Assembly: GCF_009914755.1 (NCBI RefSeq)
Contig: NC_060936.1
Source of the DNA: the human T2T-CHM13v2.0 reference genome, Homo sapiens
DNA: 64,000 nt
Direction: 5' to 3' (one strand)
The position numbers and the translations under genes are program-made. The notes beneath the pieces were generated by a model. The model made no database searches, was not told the origin of the DNA, and was given only the letters and a program-made list of their open reading frames with translations. Positions 48,772 through 64,000 of the stretch are shown here, piece by piece (position 1 is the stretch's first letter; each line of letters opens with the position of its first letter).

Positions 48772-49879
48772 GTGGGCGCGCGGCGTCTGACGCGCTGGGG
48801 GCGTCCCCGCGACGCCAGGTCTGCCCCCGCTGCCCCGAGGGAAGCGCCCGCGCCTGTCCTCTCGGGCCGGGCATCGCCTCCGAGGGGCGGTGGGACAAGG
48901 CCGCCCCGTGGGGCACAGGTGCGGCGCGGCGCCCGGCGCGTCCTCCCGGGGAGCGGGACGCGGGGAGGGGAGCTGGGGTCGCCGCCGGCGCTCAGGACGC
49001 GGTGTCTTGGTCCCGGGCCGGGCGCATTGGCGAAAGGGAGCCAGCGGGGGACCTTGCACCCGGCGCTGGGAGCATCCGCCTCCACCCACTGCTGGGCGCC
49101 CGCGTCGGCGTCGGCATGGCATGCACTGCTGCGGGGACTTCCTATATTTCTTCTTTCTTTTGTGTAAACCAGTTGTCAGCAGCCTCGGACGGAGCCCGGT
49201 TCCTGTGAACCCCTCCCCTCTGAGCTGATAATACTCGCGGCTTCCCGGCTTGAACCGCTGCCCCGCGGTGGAGCGCGCAGGTGGGCAGGTGCGCGTGGAC
49301 GCGGGGCCACACTCCGGGATCGCAGCCCGCTCCGCGACAGCCCTCCATAAGCGACAGGCGGCTCGTGTCTTTCACCGCTGAAGCTTCAGGAAAGCTGTCA
49401 GTGGAGTTAGCTTGTTCGATTATGTATTTCTGTGGTATTTTTGTGAATGGAGTTGGAAGTTTGCGGTGCTTTTTCCTTCTCGCTAGTATTCACTGGCAGT
49501 ATTCTGTAGTTCCTTACAACGGGGCCTTTGGGACCACTGCTCACAATTACGGAATGAATACAAAATAGCTGTTGTTTAAGACAAATGAGAGGCAGGAAAA
49601 CAGAAATAACTGAAGGAAGACTGGCAGAGAAGTTCAGGGAAGCAGTTAATTCTCCCCTTTCCTTTTGGAATAAGATGATAGAGTTTTAGATTCTTCTCTG
49701 AAATAAGGCAATGAGAGGAGGTGGCTTTCGAAATTCTAATATAATTGTGGGAATTTACATCATGGGGCGATTTCAGAAATTCGATCATTTGAATATTCGT
49801 AGTCTTAGGTAAACCCTTTGTTGAAAATAGAAGATGGCACGTGTGGTGTTTATAAGCTCTGACACCCTTTCTGCTCCGT

Positions 49880-50100
49880 CTTGTGACTGAGCTCTGCCCT
49901 TTACTGTCTGTGTCACCCAGGTTATTTGAAATCTCTTAGTCTAAGTTCCCCCATCTGTAAAATGGAGATAACTATGCAGTCTGCCTTATAGGATTGTTAG
50001 GAGTAAATGAGATATGAGATATGAATGCAAATAAAATGCTTAGCCCAATACTTAGGAAATAGTAAGTGCTTCATAAAACATTAACTTAATGTAGTTATTA
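49880..50100. mobile_element. MIR
   Basis: gttcccccatctgtaaaatggagataa core. Confidence 0.75.
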
Positions 50101-51323
50101 ATTTACAACTTCAATTTGCTTTGTGAAATTGGTGAGTGCTGTCTGGTCCATTAAGAAAGTGTTGTCCCCTGTGAGTTAAAATTGGCCAAACTGAAAGGAA
50201 GTGAAAATGCACCTACTAATTCAAAGAAAATGCACCTACTAATTCCCCAGATAAGTCTTACGAACTTACAACAAGCTTTTAGATAAAGTTTAATGCTATT
50301 TATCTAACTATTTTAGATTAATAGTTTATTGCTCTTTGCATACCAAATGTAAAGCTGGGAATAATAAAAATTAAATTTTCTTAATTAAGGGTAGCAATGT
50401 TTCTGTGCGGGCTGGGAGAGCCCGCAGGTATGAGTACCTAAGATGTCACAGACATTTCACAGGGGTGCTTCTGTTAGTCTTACAACAGCCTTGTGAGGTA
50501 GGTAGTATCTCCATTTCACAGATGAGAAAACTGAGGCTGGCTCACAGTTATACAGCCAGGACATGACAGAACTAGAGTTAAAATCCATGGCTGTCGCCCA
50601 TACTCCTTTCTTTTCTTTCCCATCTGACTTGGTGGTGCTAATGAGCAAGTGTGCTCACTTCCAGACACCTGCTTATCTAAAGAGTAGTAAAAAATAGAAC
50701 GCTCAACGAAACCTCTAGGAGGAAAAAATGTATATGTATTTTTACTATTTCTCCCTATTCCCAGAGGGAAAACAAAAACAGGCCTCTGGGCCAGTTGGTG
50801 GCCATCTACAAAACTAGCCCTAAGGTTTTGTTTTGCTTTGTTTTGTTTTGTTTTGTTTTGTGTTTTTTTAACAGTGTAAACCAAACTATGGGTTTCCCCA
50901 CCCCATCAGTTTTAGATGGTAAACACCGAAATTGAGCATGCTGCCAAGTGACTGGGTGTCCTCCTAATAAATGATTCCAGAATCCTTGGGGTAGGAAGAG
51001 GGCAGTCTTGGGGAGCAGCACATTTCCAAGACTCACTGCCAGAGATGGTCTGGGGTTGAGGCCTCTGTGGGGCAGCTTTCTCACCTTCCGTTTTCTTACC
51101 AGCTCATGTTTTCACCTATGATAGTGTAAGATCCAATTCTTTTACATGTAGTTCTGCAATTACAGTGGTTTAAATTTACTTTGTGAGTCAGAAATCAAAC
51201 GTCATGTCCCAATCAATTTTGCCTAAGCTCCTGTTACTGGCATGGATCCTTGGGCAAAATTTCAGCCAGAAATGCATTATTCAAGATAAACCAGGATGGG
51301 CTAATTACTTTTCACATATTTAA

Positions 51324-51466
51324 GGGGGAGGAAAATAGAGAAGGAAAGAGAGAAAGAGTGAGAGGAGGGAGAAGGCAAGAGAGGAGGTGTGAAGTAAAGA
51401 GAGGAGGAGAGGGGAAAGGAGGAGGAAGGAGAGAGTGAAGGAAGGAGAAGGGGAGGAGGGGAGGGA
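51324..51466. repeat. GA-rich polypurine tract
   Basis: Read directly. Confidence 0.9.
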
Positions 51467-52302
51467 CTGCCACTCCATCAAAGTTTGACTCCAGGAAAAA
51501 CAAAAACTAACGTTTAAAATATATAGGGAAAGCCAAAATATCAGTAGGAGAATACAGTGATTTCAGTTTACTTTGTCCTTGTGAAATGACTCCCTAGTTC
51601 TAAAAAGCATGATGTTCTGTGCTGTGAACATTGAGGTAGCATCCTTTTGAAATCTCCATTTGTGTCATGTTCAGGAAATCATAAATGAGCAAATAACAAT
51701 TCATTCTGGTAGCCCTAGTTTTCAGTTGTCTCATTTAATTGAAGACCTCCACTTCTCTGCATTGACAACTGAGTTACTCGGGTGCTTGGGGTCTGGGTCA
51801 TTAGTCAGCATCATCATGGTCATAAGCATTTTCAGGGACCTCAGAGTGTGCCATGTGCCCTACAGGAGGCAAGGGCACCTGAGACATCCGCCTGTTCTGT
51901 GAGACAGTGATTTCCTGCCCTGGTTTTTGCAAGGTTACTACCTGTAGTGGCTCCCCTGGTTCTCAGCATCCCAGCCCTCTGTAGCCCCTGCCTTGCCCAG
52001 TGCCTCACCCCTTCCCAGTGGCAGGAGCCAGTGGGAACTAAGAGCCTTCAGTGTAAGCCCTTATTGGAGCTAGGACTGCAGGTGAGATATGTTCTCTGTA
52101 GTAGCGTGTAGTATTTCTAGATATTTACTGATAATTTATGCAATACTTAGCTATGTATGCCCTGCCGCACCCTGTTTCCTTCTCTTACTCAGGTGCTGTC
52201 ACACTTACTGGTCCCTGACACATACTGTTTACATTGTATCACACTAGGCTATAATATCCCATTTACCCACCCAATTTTTTAACTTAAAATATTTTTAAAC
52301 CT

Positions 52303-52604
<302 letters not shown>

Positions 52605-53269
52605 GTATTTTAAACTTCCTTAAAACTTCTTAAAATCAGTTCAGTTATACAGTGTTAACATTCTCACCTGAAAATACTTAAATGGTTGGCATGATAGGAA
52701 ATTTGACATTTATGTAGCTAAATTATTTGTATTTCATTTCTCTAGTCTTTAATCTTATGGTTTAAATCTCTAGATGGTACCATTACAGCGAGATTAAAAA
52801 CAAAGAAGTCTAAAGGAAAAGGAAATGTAAAGAGAATCATTCTTCCACTCTATGCTTTGCATTAAAGGATATTTAGAATTGAAGGTTAAGACTATTGTGA
52901 TAAAACAATAACTTCCAAGACATTCAAAGTGTTTTACTTACAACATTTCATACATTTTTAAGTAGATTAGAAATATACTTTATCATATTTTCCAAGCATA
53001 TCACAGGGAAAGTAGAGAATCATCTACTACCCTTCTTGACCAAAGTGCCTCCACCTTTGCCCCTGTGATATGTCCTATACTCAATTATGTGAAGGAACCT
53101 GCCTTTCCCCAACATAATGTACACTTTCCCACCTCCAGGCCTTTCCTCAGGCTGTTGGCTGTTCCTGGAATACCCCTGCCCTCCCTCTAGATGGGTCTGG
53201 AGAATCTTAACCAATCAAGCTTGAAGGCTGAGCGCAGATGTCACTTTTTTTGTATGTGTGGAGGAGGAG

Positions 53270-53475
53270 AACTGGTGTGGGAAAATCAATATAAGCTTTG
53301 GAACTAGGCCACTGGGCTTGTGATTTCTGGTTTCATTACTTGTCAGCTTTGTAAACTTGGTCAAATTTTAAAACTTCTCTGAGCCCCAATTTCCTTATCT
53401 GTAGAATAGGGGTAAAAATACCTAACTTGGAAGGTTGTTTTGGGAATTAAATGAGATAATGATTACAAACTGTTT
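53270..53475. mobile_element. MIR
   Basis: acttctctgagccccaatttccttatctgtagaatagggg core. Confidence 0.75.
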
Positions 53476-54589
53476 AATGAACTCTGACCTTCAACAAATG
53501 ATTTTCCCCTTTTCCTCATGCAACCTTCCCAGAATCTCCTCGTCACCCAAATTGAAATTATTCTCCCCTCCTATTTTCACACTGTAGTTTTTTTGTGTGC
53601 CTATGATAACACTTGTGCCTGTCTGCCACAAGTTATTTGGTTTCTTAGCTCCACCCTTAAGTTGCACATTGCCAGGAGGCCAGAATTGGTTCTTACTCAG
53701 CTTTATAATCTCCAATTTCTTGCACCTATTAAGTGCTTAATAAAGGCTTGCAGATTTTGAATGAAGAATAGTTTGCTTAAGGTGTGGAAAGGGTTAGTTC
53801 ATTCTTAAAGGACCCATTAAATACGCACTATTTACTAGGCAAACAGAGAAGCAGAAGTGGATAAAGCAGGAGAAGGGGTTAAAGAGCTTACAAAATCTAT
53901 TAGGCTGGGTGAGAAATGCAGCCAAAATATTTGTAATATAAGGTAGGCACATGGTACAATATATGGGCTAACTGTTAGGAGTTAGTCTCCTCCCCCACAG
54001 TTGGGAGAAATTATATCTAGTTCATGAAAGAGGGACCACAGAAGGCTTTCAGAGAAGGGGTTAATTTTAGTATCGATGGAAAGACAACTCTTGGAGAGGC
54101 AGCCAAAAAAAAAAAAGGTTTGGGAGGGGGTCTTCCAGGGAACAGAGTAGGCATGGAAATGGAAAATCACCAGTGACATGCACAGAAGAATTGATGTTAG
54201 TATCCTTTGGCTTTGGATAGGAAAACTGAAAAGGAAAGAACTGGCCTACTGAAAAGTTTCATCATTTTCTATTGGGCTTCCCCTCCAAGGTCTGTGATGA
54301 GGCATGGACAGTGAACACAGGCAGCCTGTCTTACACATAGGTGAGTTTCCTGCTCTACAAAAGGAAAGATACATGCATCTTCTTTTTGGTTCCTGGCAGG
54401 CAACAGAACTTTTAAGTCACCTTGAAAGGCAAATTATGGCATATTTCTGATCAGTAAGAAAGCCGGAAAGCTCACTGATTCCTGGTTCCTGCCAGATGGT
54501 TGTCTCTTAGGTCTTAGTCTTCACTCCAAGTTATCTGGGCCCCTTCTCTCTTTCATCTTTTCTTTCCTGAAAAGGGAACTACTACTATC

Positions 54590-57147
<2,558 letters not shown>

Positions 57148-57460
57148 AGCGCAGCTACTTATCTCTTTAAATATACTTCACATTCTTCTGAAAAGCATAA
57201 GTACTATTTCATTTATTTCCGTGACAGCCTATTGGGAAGCAGGTATCTGCACTTTCCACATTTATTCGGCATAATGACGTATGTTGTTCTACCATCCCCA
57301 TCACTCTGTGCCCTTGATGTGGGTACGTGCTCCAGATATGCTCGCAGAAAAGAACCTGGAGCACTTACAGACTTTTCCTGTGCAGTTCCATGGGACAAAG
57401 CTGAAGACCCTCAGCCTTGACTTCCGATACAAACACTTAATGAAGGTTTTTAAACAATAA

Positions 57461-57917
<457 letters not shown>

Positions 57918-59629
57918 TAGAAGTTACTTGTAAACAGAAACTCTATATATCAAAATACATTGTCTCTTATTTAGAAGCAGAGAATATAGCGAGAATATGT
58001 TATTGTGCCAATAGAGTACTTAAGCTATAAGTGTATTTTATAGAAATGCAGATTTTAAGAGATAGATCAGTATACATCTGATCTGTAGATTGAATCTATA
58101 CCATCCATACAGTAGATGGGATTGAAATTGATTGAATACTTGACAGAGGGCATTATCAATAGATGTTAAAAGGAATAGAAGATTATCCAGACTAATAATT
58201 GTTTTGTTAAAGATCTAGAGAAAAGTTTTGATGAAACAGTGAACACAGTTTCCAGCTCTATCTTCTTTCCTTGAACACGTACCAGCTCCCTGGTTGGAGA
58301 ATTAAATTTTCTCTTTGAGTTTACATGGCACCCAAAGATAGGCTGTGCTTACACTACCATGGAAACAAACAATATTGCATTGTAGGTAGGCCATCTCTTC
58401 TGTAACAAGTCACCGAGGCAACCACTCTGACCTAGAAAAGAGAGACTAAATCCAATTCTCCATGCATCATGGTGCTAGTGGCTTCTTTAGGACAATTCTC
58501 CTTTTCTTTAGTTTTCAACTTGAAATGCTAGCACTTTTGGCTTATCACTTCCTTTCAACAATAATCATAGCTACCTCTGGGGTATGTGGTCATAAGCAAA
58601 ACAGCCTGATCTTAGAGGGATGTTCAATTCGCACCTCAAAGTTTAGAAGGCATCCAGAGCAAATTATTTAGCAAAAGGTTTAGAAATAATTTTCTTTCGC
58701 TGTTTCTCTAGGAAGCACATGGAAGCAAATTTAGATTGTGATCATCATTGTTTGTAGGGCATATTATGCCGAGATCGTATTAAAGCCATAAATATCACTT
58801 TGGGTTTTATTGCTTTTAAAGTCTATATTGTGTTTAAACACTGTATTTAACATCTATACTGTATTTGTAAAACTTTAACATTTGCTTGTTGCAGTGTCCT
58901 GCTTCCTTTTTTAAAAAAAGGCTCTTTCCTTTTTTCTAGAATAATCGCCATTCAGTGAAAAGATATACAGATGTATTTATGAACACTGATGCATTTTTTC
59001 CCCAAAGTTAAACGGAAGGTGTCTCATCTTGTTGCTACTTGAGTTGTCGGGAATCATGTATCTTTTATAGGCTTTGTGTAGAATTTGGCATATCCAACAT
59101 GCTTGACTAGTGTGAATCATGATAATGGCCTACATTGTGTCTACTATTTGCTCATAACCTACAGGAATTATATTTTGTTGAGCTGTATTTTCCAGTATAT
59201 AACAATGATCTCGGTGTAGACCATCCAAATCTAAATACGTTTTTGTGCCTTTGGAAAAACCTGCTGATGTTGAAAATGTTAAACCCTGCATTCTTCTTTT
59301 GTATCAGTCAGGCCTAGAACAAGTTAGGGGACTTTTCTGTGTTGATATAGAACTGAAATTCTGATGAACTGTGGTTTCTTGCTTTTGCCCATCCCTGGAT
59401 TAGGTATAATGCCTATGAAATGCTGGCCTTTTCTGGAATGGTCATAGTCAGGGAAGCATTCTTCAGTGCTTATATCACTCTGATTACATTCTGCATCACA
59501 AATGAGTGGTTTCCCTTGACTCCAGTTTCCTTATAGTCATCATGAGTGTTTCTCCTCCCTCTTTGCCCTGTTTCAAAAGCTCAGCTTCTATAATTCTCTT
59601 TTTGGTTCTGTTAAATAGTTAAAATTCTT

Positions 59630-59850
59630 CATCTTTATTGAGTATTTACTATGTGCTAGGTGTTCTAAATGCTTTGCATGGTATAATTCATTAGATCCCC
59701 AGCAACTTATGAGGTAGGTACTATTGTTAATCCATGTTTCAGATGAGGAAACTGAGGCATAGAGAATTTAAGTACATTGCCTAAGATTAAGGCGGCAGAA
59801 CTAGGGCTTGAACCCAGGCAGAGTGGCCTTCAGAGCTTTTAACCTTGCCC
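59630..59850. mobile_element. MIR
   Basis: cagatgaggaaactgaggcatagagaatttaag...gaacccaggc. Confidence 0.8.
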
Positions 59851-60017
59851 TAGATTGCATTCCTTTAGTGTCTGCAAGGCATTTGGATGTGGTTCCATTT
59901 CTATGGAGTGCTGATGTCTAAAACTGATCTTCTGGGAGGGAGTGTGGAATACTGGCCTACTTTGACTTTGAGAGCATCTGAGGTCTTTCACCTAATGATT
60001 GTGTGATGTTTGGCATG

Positions 60018-60410
60018 TGTATTAGTCAAGGTTCAACCAGAAGAGCAGAACCAATAGGAGATATATATTAAGAGATTAATTGCAAGGGATTGGTTTATGC
60101 AACTGTGGGGCTGGTTAGGCAAGACTGAAACCCACAGAGCAGGTTGTCAGTAAAGGCAGGCTGAACTCCAGCACAGACGGACCCTGCTGTTCACAGGTGG
60201 AGTTTCTTTTTCCTCAAGGAAGACTCCGCTCTGCTTTTAAGACTGTTCAACTGATTAAATCAGGCCTACCCAGATTATCTAGGATAATCTCTCTCACTTG
60301 AGGTCAACTGATCATGGGCTTTAATCACATCTACAAAATACGTTCACAACAACACCTAGAAAACTGTTTGACACAATAACTGAGGATTGTAGTGTAGCCA
60401 AGATGACATA
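60018..60410. mobile_element. MLT2 (ERVL) solo LTR
   Basis: tgtattagtcaaggttcaaccagaagagcagaaccaatagga...ttaatcacatctacaaaatac...gccaagatgaca. Confidence 0.85.
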
Positions 60411-61118
60411 GCAAAGTTGCTTTATTTCTCTGAGCCTTGGTTTTCTCACATGCTAAATGGGGATAGTAAACACCATAGACCTGTGAGGATTGTATAAAAT
60501 ATGTAAAGCATATGGTGCCTGGCGTGTCAGGAATCAGTAAAAGATGATATTATTTGCAGCAGTGGTGGGGATGTCAGCAGCTGCAGCTGTGGTCCCACCT
60601 ACAGTAGTGACGTCGTCCTCATTTTCATCACTCTCTTGGTCATTCCTGTTCATGGCAGTGGATGGCTTCCTAACTGGTATTTCTGCCTCAAACTCTTTTA
60701 ATTCATCCCCATTTTTTTCTCAAGGCTATCATGAAAAGCTTAAAAGTGTAGCCCACTACTCTCCAGCTTTGAAAAATGTCTTTTTGAAATCCAGGTACAA
60801 TATGTTTATAGATTTCCTCAATTGGTGCAAACTGCAACTGCTTCCCCCCAAAAATGCCCCCTGCTCACTTGCTAAAAGGTAGTGCTGGGGAGGGCTGCAT
60901 TCTGCAGTGGCATTGAAATTCATTCTAGGTGTCTTTCTTTCCTTTTCAGTTTCTGCAGTAATTGAGGATGGGACATGCATGAGAACTGTTTTAAGTTCTG
61001 TTTTTTTTATTTTCTTTTATTTAAACTGACATGTAAAACACAGCTGGGCATATTATTTCACCACTCTGAGCCTAAGTTTTCTCAGCTTTAAGATGAGTAA
61101 ATTGGACAGGATAATTTC

Positions 61119-61436
61119 TTTTTTTATTATTGTTTATTTTATTGAGACAGGGTTCACTCTTGCCCAGGCTGGAGTACAATAGTATGATCACGGTTCACTG
61201 CAGCCTCCACGCCTTGGGCTCAAGTGATTCTCCTGCATCATCCTCTGCCTCTGGAGTGGCTGGTGTCACAGACGCATGCCACCATGCCCAGCTAATTTTT
61301 GTACTTTTGTTTTTTTTGTAGAAATGGGATTTTGTCATGTTGCCCAGGCGGGTCTCCAACTCCTGGGCTCAAGCTATCTGCCCATCTGGGCTTTCCAAAA
61401 GTGCTGGGATTACAGGCATGACCCACCACACCTGGC
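61119..61436 (-). mobile_element. AluJ
   Basis: Diverged dimer, TSD gataattt. Confidence 0.92.
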
Positions 61437-61876
61437 TGATAATTTGTTTTGTTCTTTTTCCCCTCTATTAATCTTTTATTGCAAAGTAAGAAAACCAGGT
61501 ATGTTTTTAGGATTTTCTCCAAATGTTTTTTAGTAATTTTTATCTTTAAGAGCAAGACTAGTTTATTTTTCCATATTGAAGCAAATATTTAAAAGGGAAT
61601 AATTATAGTTGAATCAAATAATAGATTAAAAAATTAGCCAGAAAACCTTTCACTTTTCTGTTCCATCAGACGAGAGACAATGTGTGAACAAATGAATGAA
61701 CTTGGGAACCATTTTAGTCTACTGGACTTGATAACTGTTTTTGTCCTTATTCTTAACTGCTTGTCCGAATCCAACTCATACTAATTTCCCTCCCATGTTT
61801 CTGATCTTTCTGTCTTATAAACTTTGATTTACCTTCTTACTTATTCCCACTTTATCTTATCTCCTGAATGTGATGA

Positions 61877-62236
<360 letters not shown>

Positions 62237-62391
62237 TGATTCTCACTTTTCCTATGTGGCTGTTGTCCACCAATGCTGAAGAAGACATTCTTTTCCCATA
62301 GTCTGCTGTCAGACCGTGGCTCCCAGTTGATGTCACAGTTTTTGAAGATATACTTTAAGACTCTTAAAATTCAAAACCATAGGTGTGTAGT

Positions 62392-62804
62392 TGAGATGGT
62401 TCGGATGTTTGCCCCCTCCAAACCTCATGTTGAAGTTTGATCTCCAGTGTTGAAGGTGGGGCCTAATGGGAGGTATTTGGGTCATGGGGTGGATCCTTCA
62501 TGAATAGGTTAACGTCCTTCCTTGAGGGTAAACGAGTTCTCACTCTAATTGTTTGTTAAAGCTGGTTGCTAAAAAGAGCCTGGTGCACCCTGCCCTCTTG
62601 CTTTCACTCTCCCCATGTGATCTCTGCACACTCTGGCTCCCCTTTACCTTCCACCTTGAGTGGATGCAGCCTGAGGCCCTCACCAGAAGCAGATGTCCCA
62701 TCTTGAACTTTCCCACTATTAGAATCATGAGCCAAATAAACCCTTTTTATTGATAAATTACCTAGTCTCAGATATTCTGTTATAGCAACACTAGGTGGAC
62801 TAAG
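62392..62804 (+). mobile_element. MST (MaLR) solo LTR
   Basis: gaaggtggggcctaatgggaggtatttgggtcatgggg...gagccaaataaacc...tatagcaacac...ggactaag. Confidence 0.88.
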
Positions 62805-64000
62805 TGTAGCTTAGTGCAGTAGTCAAGTACGAGATAAACCCAACATCTTTGGCATTGAATGTCACACAGGGAAGTGATATGGCTATTTTATGTACATCAA
62901 AACTTCAAGATTACACGCTGCATTTTCTTCACTAATATGCATAAATGATCTTATTTCTCAATAATTTTGGCCTTCCCCTTCATTTGCCCATACCACCAGA
63001 GGCATTCAAAGCCTTTGATTAATACCTGGTAGAACTCCAGGATACACAGGAGGATCTGTTAGATTTTTGAGTTCCATGAAGGATTAGTCTCTTTTGCCAC
63101 CATCATATCTCCAGCCCTCAGCTCAGCATCTTGTTCACAGTAGGTGCTTGAGGAATATTTACTAATTGATCTGCAGGACATTGTAGGACCACAGCTGACA
63201 AGTACCACTCACCAGGTGGCCATCCATATAGGGGAATAGACTAGCTTTTTTTAAAAAAAAATATCCTTTCAACGAGGTTGTACTGCAAACTGGAAAACTG
63301 GTTTGAATATATTCTAAGGTTAAAACATAAACATTATTCTTCTGATGTTCACACCCATGCAGTTGGTTTGTGTTTTATCCTGAGTGCCATGCCCTTAGGA
63401 TCAGCTAGGAAGAACCAACCTTAGTATGTACTGTGCAGGAGATCTAGGACACCTGCCGATTTTAAGGCAACCTTTAGTACACAGTCCAGTATGAGCAATG
63501 CAAGCAAATCCACATCTTACCTTAAACATGCTCTAAAATATATGTACTGTTGCATTGAGCAATCCTGGGAGATTCCCTGGCCCATCCTTACTGGTCTGAC
63601 AGACATGTCATAATCAGGTAACCAGATCCCCTGTGGCTCATTTTAAATGGTGAGGCTAGCACAGCATAATCCCTGGGGCTCTCTGACACCTTGGCATTGT
63701 TTACAGTTTTACTCCCAGACTATTTACCCCAATCCAGATTAGTTCAGTTTTCCCACCTGCTAAGTGATTGCCTGAGTCCATTCTAACCATTCATATCTCT
63801 TCCCTCGTGTCAACCTTTTACTTTCCCCTATAACTCTGCCTTGGGCTCTCACTTTGCCTATGTTGAATATGGCTATAGTGAATAAATTACCTGCTGTTCT
63901 CTCTTTGGCTTTTTTGTTCAACATGATAGCTTGGTTTGAAGATAGTGATGTTCTTGTGGTCACTTTTGCACATGGCATACTTTGGGGAGGCTTAGGGAGG

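Larger units (their letters stand above)
48380..49380. promoter_or_regulatory. BMAL2: CpG island / BMAL2 (ARNTL2) promoter
   Basis: Abrupt very GC-rich, CpG-dense kilobase with many GGGCGG boxes around the BMAL2 start codon. Confidence 0.93.

Noticed and set aside
48345-49228. Long overlapping ORFs (287, 250, 193 aa etc.) on both strands at the BMAL2 promoter
   Set aside because: Stop codons are scarce in CpG islands and the products are low-complexity Ala/Gly/Pro/Arg. Only 48708-48738/48771 is supported; the 287-aa frame is the BMAL2 frame read through leader and intron from a TTG.

Overview
Primate (most likely human) genomic DNA. The window holds the end of the long first intron and all 13 coding exons of STK38L (NDR2 kinase) on the + strand: ATG 13359, TGA 38086-38088, 1395-nt CDS, 464 aa, and a ~3.5-kb 3'UTR ending near 41590. 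About 7 kb further on, same strand, are the CpG-island promoter and first coding exon of BMAL2/ARNTL2 (ATG 48708, two in-phase donors), then the start of its first intron. The rest is about 29 Alu-family elements, a 2.5-kb antisense L1, MaLR/ERVL LTRs, MIR/L2 and hAT fossils. Most unusual signals: (1) a perfect 60-bp non-repeat inverted duplication extending an inverted Alu pair around in-frame STK38L exon 4; (2) a 171-nt in-frame, stop-free intron 8 inside the NDR activation-segment insert; (3) a GC-AG intron 7; (4) a duplicated 27-bp branch-point/pyrimidine-tract/AG module upstream of exon 2; (5) a 116-bp intronic direct duplication; (6) a BMAL2 5' leader with a G-quadruplex motif and an overlapping uORF whose stop depends on donor choice; (7) phase compatibility for an in-frame STK38L-BMAL2 read-through. 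Exon numbers assume non-coding exon 1 lies upstream of the window. Gene and repeat names are from recalled sequences, not database searches; repeat boundaries are approximate.
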